DNA of 52,772 bases, taken from a virus. Lineage: Duplodnaviria; Caudoviricetes. The stretch covers positions 1-52,772 of the IMG/VR virus record IMGVR_UViG_3300020470_000014. One strand, written 5' to 3'. A program made the position numbers and the translations under genes. Under the pieces are notes generated by a model. It made no database searches. It had not been told where the DNA came from and saw nothing but the letters and a program-made list of their open reading frames with translations. Of this stretch, positions 32,501 to 40,550 are shown piece by piece (within the stretch, counting starts at the first letter, position 1; each line of letters begins with the position of its first letter).

Positions 32501-35500
32501 TCAGTTAGTTTAAATTTAGAATTATCAATTCTAGTTACAAAATATTCAGTTGTACTTGAAAGTCCTTGTGCAGCAATGGATGTGGACTCATATCTTACAA
32601 TCTCACCAGTTCTAAACGCATGATTAGGTGCGTAGAAATAATCATCAGCTGTACTAATACCAGTTTGAACGTCACCTTCAGTTGGTCTAGCAGGAACTCT
32701 AATTTGTTTGTTAGAATATCCTTCACCAGAATTTTTAACATATATTCTTGTAATAGTGTTCTTACCTTTTAAAGTTTTAAAGGCATGGAAACCACTACTT
32801 ACCGATCCAATGTTTACTGTATTGATACCAGATACTGCATCACTTCTATTAGAGTGTAATGAGATAATTAGATTGCCAATTGGTCTTGCAAAATATGTGG
32901 AGTTATCTACAATTCCACCAATGTCGGGGTTATTTCTAGATTCATAGATAATTTCTTCACCAAGTTCAAAGTTATGAGGTGAGGGGAAATCAATAGTATC
33001 CGAACTGACATTAACACTAGAACCATCTGCCTTAAATGAAGATACGATTCTTCCTTTAACAAAGTTGGATTCAAGAACCGCACCTATACCATTACCACCC
33101 GATACAGTAATCTTTGGTTTTTCTTGATAACCAATACCAGGGCTGATTAACTTAACTTCTTTAAATGATCCAGTAACGTTTGCATATGCAATAGCACCAC
33201 TACCAGTTTGATCCTGAATGATCATTGGTGGACCATTGATTACATCATAATCTTTACCAGCATTAGTTACTTCAACAGAGTCAATTTGACCAAAGAAAAT
33301 TTCCTCATCAAAAACTGATGATGGATATAACTCAACACCATTAACGAGAATACCTACAGCTTTGTTATCTGTTTTTCTCTGAGAAGGATCATCGAAGAAA
33401 TTTTCCTGTTTATAATACGGGAACTTTCTTAATAATTTCTGATTTTTTGCATTTTGGTTTTCCCAACCACTCTTATAGAGATATTGACCAGGCAAGTCGG
33501 TAACGAGGTCAATATACTGACCAGCAAATACGTCAGACGCACTATAAGAAAGTTGGAAGTCAAAGTCATTAATATTAGTTACAAAATAAACACCAGTAGC
33601 CAATCCACTGTTGTATTCATTATTCCAGAAAATTTTATCTCCAGTAACAAAGTTATGTCTAAATGGTGTGGCTGTGTTTAATGGATCTACAGATCTAATA
33701 ATATTTGTAGTTCCACCACTTGTTCCTGATTGTGGTGGATCAGTTTTAATGAATACTTTATTATCGGTAGCAAAGATTGGATAGTTTGGAACACCACCAG
33801 ATGTAATATAGAAACTTTCCTCATTATTATCGAGATAACTATTCTGAATACCTACAGGTACGTTTTCTAAACCTGGGAAGTAATTAGCATTATGAGATGC
33901 CTTAACAATGATCTTCTCAACTCTATCAATGTTAGAAGGAACAACACCACTGGTCTGAACAATGATCTTATTAGAAGATCTATCAGTTTCTGTACCAGTT
34001 GCATATTCAATATCTTTAATCTGAGCTTTTACCTTTTCATCCCTAGCATTAATCAAAAATAGTTCTTCATCAATAAAGAACACGACAGAATCAAACAATT
34101 CAACTCTAAATGTGTTAATGTTTTGTTGTGTAAGACTCTTAATGACATGTTTCGTTGGAATATTATAAATCCAAGGTTCGAATCTAGCATCATCGCCAAG
34201 ATCAAATCCAAAAGACGAAAGATTTAAAGTATCATCAACTCTGATATTAGAAGTGTCGGTAAAATCAACAGTATCAATAACATTGACGAATCTGAACTGA
34301 ACTAGAGAAGTCTGTCCTAATCCAGCGTAGGCATACGCCAATTTGTCCTCAGAAACGTCTGCACCGAACGAAAGGTCTGTTGTGATACCAGTGACACCTA
34401 AAAACTGATTACTCGTCTTGTCGTTGTATTCAACGGTAATAAAATCAGAAATTGGAGTTGGTTTTAAAAGCAAACTACCAGTTTTACCAAATCCAATAGT
34501 AGAATCAACTAGAATATTATTTGCACCAGCAGTAACTCTTTCTAGAACCTTAGTTTTACCAGGCACTTGGAACTGTCCACTGAAAGAACCAGAATCAAGA
34601 GAGATTTCATAGAAATCCTTATTTTTAATTGGTCGATATTCAATATTGTAAATTGAAGCGTTAACCGTACCTACTCCAGCAATATTTTGGTTTAAGAAAT
34701 TACCCTTTGTCTCAATAGCGTCTCCACCAAAGAGTTTTTCAACCAAAACATTACGAGTTTTGAAGTAATTGTTAGAAGAAGGTACTAATGTGTATTCAGA
34801 AGGTTTAATAATATCAATATCTTCACCATAAAGTAATTTGAACATTACTTTATACGAAGTATCCGTTCCTTTAGCACTATAAAAGTCTTTTGCTCTCGTT
34901 AGAACAGTAGAAAGGTTAACACCTTCGGTAAAATCTCTGTTTTCGAATCCTGGCAAGAATTCAGACTTAAATTTAGTAAAAAACTCTTGTAAAAAAAGGT
35001 TACTTAAGTTAAAAACGTATTTTGGGTTATCAATAGTGCCAATATCATGCTCATCTGCATCAGTCTGTGCAAATTGCAAAAATTCCGATTGAATATCTTG
35101 TTGAATTTTCTCAATTCCAGAAAATCCTCTAAAACAATTTTCAAAAGAGTTGAGAACGAAGGTTACGGGAGTTTGTCCACCTACTGTAACCGATTTTTGA
35201 CTTACATAAACAAATTTATCGGAAACTGCGGCAACAGTTGTCCCTACAGGGAAATTTGTCCCTGCAGAAATAGACATACCAACTTCAATACCCTTTGTGT
35301 TATCTAAAAGGATAATATTTGATTGATTTTGCCAATCACCAAGTAATGTTGTAATTACTTTGTTCTCAATTTTGTTTTTATAAACAATAATTTCATTATC
35401 AATCTTTAAAAGACCATATTTGTCTGGCCAACCTGTTGTAGAGAGGACTTTAATTTGCTTTGAACCAGCAAAAGCCTTTTTGGTCAGAAAAGTATATGGA

Positions 35501-35712
35501 ATTAACGACTCATTATTAAAAGCCGTGATCTGTCTGTATTTTGGTAAATTTGTAGCGAGATCTACCGTCCCAGATTGATGTTCAACGGACGTATAATACT
35601 TATCCAGAAATTCTTTGAAGAAAGGAGATTCTTCATTGAGAAATTCTGGAATCTGAGACTCAATTATATGACTAAATTTGACTCTCTTGATCTCGGAAGT
35701 ATTGTCAGACAT
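26533..35712 (-). CDS. gp7: Baseplate wedge initiator gp7, N-terminal part (3059 aa), with YHYH-like domain
   Basis: IESQIPEF..., KDFYSAKGT..SYKVMFKLLYG and YYQKFSYSIKS...HPSGF motifs; HSPILGYAYDGNPIYGPYG/DLDEFGGR..VTP.FP.GTYAYF (YHYH-like); directly follows gp6. Confidence 0.88.
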   Translation of the reverse strand: MSDNTSEIKRVKFSHIIESQIPEFLNEESPFFKEFLDKYYTSVEHQSGTVDLATNLPKYRQITAFNNESLIPYTFLTKKAFAGSKQIKVLSTTGWPDKYGLLKIDNEIIVYKNKIENKVITTLLGDWQNQSNIILLDNTKGIEVGMSISAGTNFPVGTTVAAVSDKFVYVSQKSVTVGGQTPVTFVLNSFENCFRGFSGIEKIQQDIQSEFLQFAQTDADEHDIGTIDNPKYVFNLSNLFLQEFFTKFKSEFLPGFENRDFTEGVNLSTVLTRAKDFYSAKGTDTSYKVMFKLLYGEDIDIIKPSEYTLVPSSNNYFKTRNVLVEKLFGGDAIETKGNFLNQNIAGVGTVNASIYNIEYRPIKNKDFYEISLDSGSFSGQFQVPGKTKVLERVTAGANNILVDSTIGFGKTGSLLLKPTPISDFITVEYNDKTSNQFLGVTGITTDLSFGADVSEDKLAYAYAGLGQTSLVQFRFVNVIDTVDFTDTSNIRVDDTLNLSSFGFDLGDDARFEPWIYNIPTKHVIKSLTQQNINTFRVELFDSVVFFIDEELFLINARDEKVKAQIKDIEYATGTETDRSSNKIIVQTSGVVPSNIDRVEKIIVKASHNANYFPGLENVPVGIQNSYLDNNEESFYITSGGVPNYPIFATDNKVFIKTDPPQSGTSGGTTNIIRSVDPLNTATPFRHNFVTGDKIFWNNEYNSGLATGVYFVTNINDFDFQLSYSASDVFAGQYIDLVTDLPGQYLYKSGWENQNAKNQKLLRKFPYYKQENFFDDPSQRKTDNKAVGILVNGVELYPSSVFDEEIFFGQIDSVEVTNAGKDYDVINGPPMIIQDQTGSGAIAYANVTGSFKEVKLISPGIGYQEKPKITVSGGNGIGAVLESNFVKGRIVSSFKADGSSVNVSSDTIDFPSPHNFELGEEIIYESRNNPDIGGIVDNSTYFARPIGNLIISLHSNRSDAVSGINTVNIGSVSSGFHAFKTLKGKNTITRIYVKNSGEGYSNKQIRVPARPTEGDVQTGISTADDYFYAPNHAFRTGEIVRYESTSIAAQGLSSTTEYFVTRIDNSKFKLTDAGIGTTRDDTDFKSGKITRISGVGSGTHIVKYPPIEIKVETLSGIGSTSVTSPTIEPVVLGSIESVYLEQGGAGYGCTNILNFHRRPNVGIATVQFQALLKPILVEGSIVDVQILASGRGYRKDSDIVVYGDGEFADISPIINEDTGSISGVRITDGGVNYDPATTTMVLQNRGRDAKFIGNVHEWKINQEVKSRNLINTQDAALTKPNTNKELGLQFISIYPPNRLRFQVGDNIDSGNLELTNNPQHSPILGYAYDGNPIYGPYGFSGSTGGPVQRLTSSYILNTAPKVGLRPPGYSPGYFTDDYEYNGSGDLDEFGGRYCVTPQFPDGTYAYFYAIDVDSSGVAEPKYPYIIGRYFKDTPIKDNFAADFNQDQDITKLGITRNIGPYYTNYENSIYDLIDKVDSSFKQEFKVTQIQSAGITSTTIFSPGEDYRVGDKLNLDNAGTNGTGTNIVVSHVLGKNVSEISVGVSTFNNVDLRPVGNLVYGRTQEPHGLLNGETIIASGVSTAVLSDIEGAYTVSVADRKVALSEYLDQISATGITTFISVTDVGGFEVNDIIGIGTEVLRVTFVDNEYSRLGVNRQVGVAETHVKGSSVELKPTRFTYDTGKGSDYLGFDNKVLFFDPRYAVGVGSTGSIFELTTTGIGTVDTQTKFTRVIPEKQIYIKDHPYTTGQKIKYNVGLGGTSLTWSKTSAGSTSGIGTENLVDGGDVYAINFGVDYLGISTVGFPTMSDAVYWYNIAEPVGLAHSFTTTNPRITGTIQSFRGKITTGSPHGLKTGNRVSLEAVPFVVENAKIVYDPVLRKITTNKVSWSSTTFDAVDSSFFFPDLSFKSGDKVVYYANGNNITELDNNEVYFVLRESSNRIKLCKFAADVKNGTGIGITAMPAGSYDLAKVNPPIRVSKGNILKIDVSDAGLADMRLDIFEDLQFRKKLDVNGSSGAFNLIRDGIPGQVGANIQIKTVGDFPRKSFYTLTPIVPTDQRKNQVSTDRSVRGFNSITVESSILEDNHEVLVADANTFSFNLEKQPTSAELFTTTSGLTTVFYETNSLDALGPIARTKINFEGKGYNKLPRVIGFDTLQGKNAVIKINSDKIGKIETTERIKDGFDYPTDPTLLPFLSVPTVIDVSGIARIQDVLVTDGGVNYHQPPNLKVLGNDKIDLQAVVQGGSVVGVQVLTNAFEFDAPLTIVPTRNTNGYDIDQITHSGDSVTVELLLDQQFYRPITTGYGSTDIEFPFKVGDKVYVEGCRLTPASFAAGELNFNSENYGYRQFDVTAIDEINFRVTYSVAGIATGTLGSYDDDFTLGYISNAKDLAKFQMRLIDDAKFFSGERITSPKFEARVVENGWDVELNQLRLTDSQGELRVGDIVYGEQSKLAGRVEDVNRFNIRTSLGISREKVGEVDQSVGILNNYLQRVSDNFYYQKFSYSIKSNISYSKWREAVRSIVHPSGFREFSDLEIVGDPKKDAITNSYVSVGLAKSTNMKVQTVEPKLDLIINIDNETYLGTRGNFAMVTEDDPLPDGGVQRVFFPEGRPLKSYILNKTNKVLKIDDVSNDFDGQLDRSGNLFGKTNFPLRTGGVPLFKKQFDSSDSSVVDLTNNTISIQNHNFQSGQRLLVDRGGGTAIGVATTSYTTNNRHILMGVSGAGGSSMFENGINFEVGGPVTGVSTVANPIVGAKQFGFGTGFPGISTRGTGATFTVMITYDTGTGQPISTNVVLREGGSGYYVGDNVSIAGTHLGGASPANDLTFPVTKISGTRVGIQTVYTNLEGTNDGAGSGAIFEVERDVNLDVSAVRVLSGGSGYAATNTISIAGTYIGGSTPTDNLFLTPTELGSNVMPDEVFVQKVDDVTIRFTGLSTSIIFDMKTLGTGIHTLRYENPNENALILVDGIVQSPIRNKKLNVTTGNGINATSQTLSITSGIGSVSIGDVLRLDDEFIKVNFIGDGTFVSSRTAEVNSTVDNNFYYDRNRANSTVTRVSNSTVTMDDNPPY

Positions 35713-37581
35713 TTATCTCGTGAAGGTTCCGTTTAAGAAGCTGGAGGTAGTGATGTATTGGGTTGCAGACGTGTTCTCACCAGAAGTAACAACGTCTTGG
35801 ATAGTACCAACCCTACTATTACCAATATCGACTTGTAGATACAAGTCTTTCAGTGCAATAATATCGTTAGATTCTGGAACTGCTTCGATTTGAACGAATC
35901 CAGAAGCTAAATCAGTACCCGTTATATTTACCACATCCAAAAGAACCTCTCCTTCGTCATACTTGACTATACCAGCATTGTTCTTGACGATAATAGGAGT
36001 ATTATTTTCTAATTTAAAGAATATAAGTCTTCCTCTAGTTAAAGTTGTGGGAATATCACCAATGTAGATGGTTCCCTCAACACCATCGATGTTAAATCCA
36101 GAAGATTTAATACTATATCCAGTTCTCTTTTGATGGAACCTATTACCAAAGCATAATTCATAAGTTGCAAATGCATTAAACTCGGGAATCAAGTCTCTTC
36201 TAATACGAACCTTAGTGATATTGGAAGTAATACCTTTATCACTATCATCAATCAATCCAATAACCTTAGAATACTTAAATCTTCCACCAAAACTATTAAT
36301 ATCAGCAGACTGAGCGTATGCATTAAGAGTATTGACAACTTTTGTTCTTAATCCAGTAGCATCGGAAACAACGTTTGCGTTATAATACACACTTGAGTCA
36401 ACTTCAACGTAAAGGTATTGAAGATCAACCAATTCTGGTTTAATACCAGCAATAGAATACTGTTTGAGTTGCCTTAAAATAGAGTCTTTTGTAATTTGCG
36501 ACAAATAACTACCATTTTTGGGTTTGATAGAAATGAATACCTTTCCAAACTCAGGAGGATCGAGTTCTTCCCCGCCATATGCGGTCACAGTCTCGACGTT
36601 TGTGTAAATTAAGGGAATGATACTCTTATAGTCGTTAGCAGTCACTGCACGGTACTGGGCTGCGTATACACGAGGCGCCAAATACTTGATAGAGTCAATA
36701 GATTCAACTCCATCACCACCGTTTGAAGTGTCGTTTGTAGTAATTAGAGAAACACCACTCGTAATCGTTGCTCCTTGGTCGTCTTTTAAGACTCCAGAGA
36801 ACGAAAAGTTCGCTGCACCGTTACCATTTCTTCCATTAGTGACAATATAACTGACATCAACAGTGGAGTTAGCGGGTGGTTTCTTGCCGAGGATGTTATC
36901 ACCGAAGAGAAGTTCGTATTTTTCGTCTTCAATCTCCTGAACAAGGAATAATTTAGAGTTTGCATCCACATTTAGGATGTTTGAGTACCTCTGATAAGCA
37001 TCAGAAGTAGTAGAAACTACTTTAACTCGGATAGACTCGACATCAACGTTCGGGTTAGGTAAAATATAACGCTGATTTGATAGTGAATAGTCAACTCTGA
37101 ATGATTTGGTGAGGTAGATTCCTTCATAGATGGTAATATTATCGAAAATTGCGAGGTTTTGGTCGTTTACTGCGACAACAAAGTCCTCAGGAATGGAAAA
37201 AACGTAATTTCCTCCTTGAACGTTACCCAAAACAACTGTTCCAGCCTTCAATGTAACGGTTCTAGTCTCATTTGTCCCCAAATCTACCGTAAAACTGATA
37301 ACAGCTTCCGCAGATCTAGAAGATCTTGGGACATAACCAATGTTTCTTGCAAGTGAAACGACATTTTCACGCAAAGTAGCGCTGTCAAGGAACACTTCAT
37401 TGACTGCCATGTTAGTATTGTAGGCAGTAATGTAAGTATTATACGCAAGAATGTCAATTAGGATCGAAAAGTTTGATCCATCGAAGTCAAAATCGGAAAA
37501 ATCCGTATTAGTTCGAAGGTAATCCTTAATTTGATCCCTTATACCATTAAAATCTAGGTTGGTAAATTGGTTAAACGCCAT
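35713..37581 (-). CDS. gp6: Baseplate wedge subunit gp6
   Basis: FTNLDF..I..QIKDYLR..DFDFDGSNFSILID.LAYNTY, FLDSATLRENVVSLARNIGY and QYRAVTANDY motifs. Confidence 0.95.
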   Translation of the reverse strand: MAFNQFTNLDFNGIRDQIKDYLRTNTDFSDFDFDGSNFSILIDILAYNTYITAYNTNMAVNEVFLDSATLRENVVSLARNIGYVPRSSRSAEAVISFTVDLGTNETRTVTLKAGTVVLGNVQGGNYVFSIPEDFVVAVNDQNLAIFDNITIYEGIYLTKSFRVDYSLSNQRYILPNPNVDVESIRVKVVSTTSDAYQRYSNILNVDANSKLFLVQEIEDEKYELLFGDNILGKKPPANSTVDVSYIVTNGRNGNGAANFSFSGVLKDDQGATITSGVSLITTNDTSNGGDGVESIDSIKYLAPRVYAAQYRAVTANDYKSIIPLIYTNVETVTAYGGEELDPPEFGKVFISIKPKNGSYLSQITKDSILRQLKQYSIAGIKPELVDLQYLYVEVDSSVYYNANVVSDATGLRTKVVNTLNAYAQSADINSFGGRFKYSKVIGLIDDSDKGITSNITKVRIRRDLIPEFNAFATYELCFGNRFHQKRTGYSIKSSGFNIDGVEGTIYIGDIPTTLTRGRLIFFKLENNTPIIVKNNAGIVKYDEGEVLLDVVNITGTDLASGFVQIEAVPESNDIIALKDLYLQVDIGNSRVGTIQDVVTSGENTSATQYITTSSFLNGTFTR

Positions 37582-38024
37582 TATACTCTAGTTGGCTGGA
37601 GGAGGAACTCAATATTTTGTGTAGGAAAGGGTAGTCCTACGATGTCATAACTAATATTTACTAGTAATTCGTTAGAATCGGGTGGAAAAGTAACAAGAAC
37701 TTCAGTTGCATCGATCCTAGGTTCATAATTATCAAGTAAAACTCTTACTTCTTGTTCAACTGACTGAGCAATTTCGGGTGATTGAAGCTCAAACATTTGA
37801 TTTTCAATGTTAGCACCCAAAATTGGCTGAAAAAAACGTTCACCCATGCGAGTTCTTACCAGATTTACAACCGATCTCTTGACAGCATCATCGTTTTTTA
37901 ACGGTACAATGTCGTTAGTTACGGGATGACGACGAAAAGATAGGCTTATATCCTTAAAAGTTCTCGAAATTGTGCTTTTGCCAGCAGTAGGAAGTATCTT
38001 TCTGAGCTGTTCGGCTTCAGCCAT
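37581..38024 (-). CDS. gp25: Baseplate wedge subunit gp25
   Basis: FKDISLSF..HPVTND, GERFFQP.LG and YEPRI motifs; TAATG-coupled to gp6. Confidence 0.93.
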   Translation of the reverse strand: MAEAEQLRKILPTAGKSTISRTFKDISLSFRRHPVTNDIVPLKNDDAVKRSVVNLVRTRMGERFFQPILGANIENQMFELQSPEIAQSVEQEVRVLLDNYEPRIDATEVLVTFPPDSNELLVNISYDIVGLPFPTQNIEFLLQPTRV

Positions 38025-38041
38025 GGTGTTTTTTTCTTACT

Positions 38042-38197
38042 TTAGTTACTATCTATAAGGGTTTTGTCAATTTCTTCATCATCGTGAGCAATTTCACGAA
38101 GCTCTTTTAGATATTTGTCGGACTTTGGGTCAGTTATGAGTGTCATACCCGACTTAATAAACTCTTCACTCATATCTGGAATGGGGTTTACAGACAT
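38042..38197 (-). CDS. Small hypothetical protein (51 aa, MSVNPIPDMSEEFIKSGMTLITDPKSDKYL...)
   Basis: Hand-translated; strong AGGAGG RBS; below the ORF-track size cutoff. Confidence 0.75.
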   Translation of the reverse strand: MSVNPIPDMSEEFIKSGMTLITDPKSDKYLKELREIAHDDEEIDKTLIDSN

Positions 38198-38253
38198 TTT
38201 ATCCTCCTAGAGTTCTGAAAACAGAACTTTTATGGAGGTTTCTATCTCCACTT

Positions 38254-38769
38254 CTATTTAGAGTCGAATTTCCAATGATTATTTGGTTGTTCCCACCAGA
38301 AATGTAAGTCTTCGTTTATATCATTATAGTAGAGTGTAACAAAATCGCTCTTAAACTTACTTCCTGTGTTCTCACAAAGAGCAACTGTATAGTATTTGTT
38401 GTTAGAAACCAGCTCCATTTGCTGTGTAATCCATGTATAGTTACCTCCTCGGATCACACCTGCTTCAATTAGAACGAAGTTTTCCCATTGTCTTGCCCAG
38501 TCAACGTACTTTTCCGCGAAATCGACCTTGTAGTCGAGACTATCTTCATCGGGGAAGGGTACATTTACTGCTTCAATATGAAAAATCTCCCCATCCATAG
38601 ACAATGAATGAGAGAGATGTTGAGTAACAACCGCAGAATAGTCAGGAGACACCATCAAGAAGCATGTTTTTGATGGATGAATGTCGATATCGGACATTTT
38701 AATCCTATATGACATCTCTTGGATCAGTGCCATCTCCTGATCCTGCGATATGAATTTAAGTTTTTTCAC
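38254..38769 (-). CDS. Hypothetical protein, possible type I phosphoribosyltransferase fold (171 aa)
   Basis: GTG start; FVLIEAGVIRGGNY resembles the PRPP-binding loop hhhhDDhhxTGxT. Confidence 0.55.
   Translation of the reverse strand: MKKLKFISQDQEMALIQEMSYRIKMSDIDIHPSKTCFLMVSPDYSAVVTQHLSHSLSMDGEIFHIEAVNVPFPDEDSLDYKVDFAEKYVDWARQWENFVLIEAGVIRGGNYTWITQQMELVSNNKYYTVALCENTGSKFKSDFVTLYYNDINEDLHFWWEQPNNHWKFDSK
38255..38262 (-). promoter_or_regulatory. Late promoter variant TCTAAATA followed by a two-hairpin leader
   Basis: CTAAATA overlaps the stop of the 171-aa gene. Confidence 0.5.
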
Positions 38770-38771
38770 TA

Positions 38772-38918
38772 TTAACCAGCGGCTAGTGGCGAATGCACAG
38801 ATGGTTCTGCTTTCGCTGCCTCTCTACGACCACCACCCACAACATAGTTGAACTGCATTGCGTCTTCTTTAGCAGCAGGTTCTGCATTTGGGGACATTCT
38901 AGGATCTGAATCAGCCAT
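38772..38918 (-). CDS. Small hypothetical protein (48 aa, MADSDPRMSPNAEP...HSPLAAG)
   Basis: Hand-translated; TAATG-coupled to the upstream ORF. Confidence 0.7.
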   Translation of the reverse strand: MADSDPRMSPNAEPAAKEDAMQFNYVVGGGRREAAKAEPSVHSPLAAG

Positions 38919-39064
38919 TACTTTCCTTGACCTCGGTAACGTTTGCGTTTCGCATTACGGGAACTAGCAGAGTATTTAGTATTCTTACCGTTTCCCTGTC
39001 TCGTCTTTTTAGGAGTCGTTTCTACGAACGATGTTCCAGAACGAGAAAGTTTCATTGCAGCCAT
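38918..39064 (-). CDS. Small highly basic protein ending KRKRYRGQGK (48 aa; alternative start 39055)
   Basis: Hand-translated; PKKTRQG..K.TKYSA.SRN..RKRYRGQG motif recognised from cyanomyoviruses; CTAAATA immediately upstream. Confidence 0.8.
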   Translation of the reverse strand: MAAMKLSRSGTSFVETTPKKTRQGNGKNTKYSASSRNAKRKRYRGQGK

Positions 39065-39145
39065 TATTTAGTCCTTAGAGTTTGTTTTCGCGATTTTTTT
39101 GAATTGACGACGCGGTTGAAACGCGCCGCCGCAGAATATAAGAGA

Positions 39146-39904
39146 TCAGATGACTCGGGTCTTCTCATGACCAACACGAATCAGAGGATCACACCAGATC
39201 TCATAACCAGCCTCTTTGGCATCCAGACAGAAGGAGACATCCTCTCCACACATATCCTGAACTTCACCAGAATCAAAGACCTGCATCTTAGGTGCGAACC
39301 AAGGGTATACCATCTCTTCGTTCTCAAACACACCGTGCTTAATCAGTGTCCAACCGAAACCAGTGTAGTCAACTGTAAATGGTTTACGACGACGTGAGAT
39401 AGATTCCCCAGTCTCATGGTTCATGACACCACCATTCTTTGCAAAGTCATCTTCTTCCAACCAGTGAGCAACCGAAGTAGTCTTTCCGTCTTCAGTCATA
39501 TACCAGCCACATGCAATATCCTTATCCATTGCAACGAGACGGTAGAACTTCTCTGTGTCGAAAACAATGTCGGAGTCAATCCACAGTTGGTAATCATACT
39601 TGAGTTTACCATCCCAAGGAAGTTGATTAGGACCTCTAAGAACATTAGCACCCAAAACCTTGCAACGTGCAAAGTTAACCATAGAAGAATAGTCCTGTGA
39701 GATTTGAATACTTGCACCACGTTGTACAAGATCAAAACAGAGTTGGACAAAACTCTTTAAAAATTGATATGAAACACCTCTACCTGGCAGACAGAAGACA
39801 ATTGCTTTTCCTTTAACCATCTCTTGTGCAGCTGCAAGATTAAAGGCGTCTTCTACTTTCTTTGGTTTGGGTGCATTTGCTTTAACAGTAAATCCTTTAG
39901 CCAT
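39146..39904 (-). CDS. GT-A fold glycosyltransferase-like protein
   Basis: VNFARCK, YDYQLWIDSDIVF (DxD), TGFGWTLIK..VFE and GEDVSFC..A...G..IWCDP...VGHEK motifs. Likely start MAKGF at 39904 (the ORF track starts at 39922). Confidence 0.8.
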   Translation of the reverse strand: MAKGFTVKANAPKPKKVEDAFNLAAAQEMVKGKAIVFCLPGRGVSYQFLKSFVQLCFDLVQRGASIQISQDYSSMVNFARCKVLGANVLRGPNQLPWDGKLKYDYQLWIDSDIVFDTEKFYRLVAMDKDIACGWYMTEDGKTTSVAHWLEEDDFAKNGGVMNHETGESISRRRKPFTVDYTGFGWTLIKHGVFENEEMVYPWFAPKMQVFDSGEVQDMCGEDVSFCLDAKEAGYEIWCDPLIRVGHEKTRVI

Positions 39905-39972
39905 AACGTTGAATAGTGACAATGATATTTTACCACAGTAATTCAGTCATTGCAATAACTGTGGTATTGAGT

Positions 39973-39980
39973 TATTTAGC
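39973..39980 (-). promoter_or_regulatory. Late promoter variant GCTAAATA
   Basis: CTAAATA overlapping the stop of the 55-aa ORF, upstream of the glycosyltransferase. Confidence 0.5.
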
Positions 39981-40143
39981 CTTCATTCGAAGGGACGATT
40001 TTAATGTTTTCCTTGGCAAGTTCGTCATCTCTATACCAATCAAAGTATTCTTTCACAAAGGTTAGTTTGTGTTCTATGTCTTCTTTTCGGCAACATTCTA
40101 TAATCTTATGTTTACCGATATAGACATCATAGGTTGAATTCAT
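39976..40143 (-). CDS. Small hypothetical protein (55 aa, MNSTYDVYIGKHKII...)
   Basis: Hand-translated; overlaps the upstream ORF end. Confidence 0.65.
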   Translation of the reverse strand: MNSTYDVYIGKHKIIECCRKEDIEHKLTFVKEYFDWYRDDELAKENIKIVPSNEG

Positions 40144-40279
40144 CTTGTATCTTTCCGAGTAAGTCTTCCAGTTCTTGTTTTAACGTATAATTCAACAAAA
40201 AATGTTCATCATTCTCTAACCGATACTGAATAGCTTCAACTAGGAGTTCAATTTCATATTGATCTACATCTAGTGCCAT
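40127..40279 (-). CDS. Small acidic hypothetical protein (50 aa, MALDVDQYEIELLVEAIQYRLEND...)
   Basis: Hand-translated; fills the gap; helical composition. Confidence 0.65.
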   Translation of the reverse strand: MALDVDQYEIELLVEAIQYRLENDEHFLLNYTLKQELEDLLGKIQDEFNL

Positions 40280-40323
40280 GTTAGTAATGCGTCAGTCAAT
40301 TATTACTTATACAGATTGTATTC

Positions 40324-40515
40324 TTAGTAACTTACTTCTTCATAACACTCTAACTTACCACAGCTGAGTCTTATAGGAAGAATGTCTAAATTCCAGAATT
40401 CATCTTCATCTATCTTTTGTAACTTCTCCTCCAACTCTTCAGAACTTAAACTATGAGCAATGACATCGTAACCACATTTACCACGTCTATAGAGGTGAAA
40501 TCTAATCTCGTGCAT
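40324..40515 (-). CDS. Hypothetical protein (63 aa)
   Basis: ORF track; same strand and packing as neighbours. Confidence 0.65.
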   Translation of the reverse strand: MHEIRFHLYRRGKCGYDVIAHSLSSEELEEKLQKIDEDEFWNLDILPIRLSCGKLECYEEVSY

Positions 40516-40550
40516 AGGCCTTATGTACTATTGCTCTATCTATAATACCA

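Noticed and set aside
1-35893. Numerous plus-strand ORFs of 60-284 aa (e.g. 1-426, 2678-3532, 4163-4864, 27220-27663)
   Set aside because: All are antisense to long minus-strand genes, have Thr/Ser/Arg/Asn-rich shadow composition and lack RBS support.
38927-39397. 156-aa plus-strand ORF
   Set aside because: Antisense to the glycosyltransferase and the basic microprotein.
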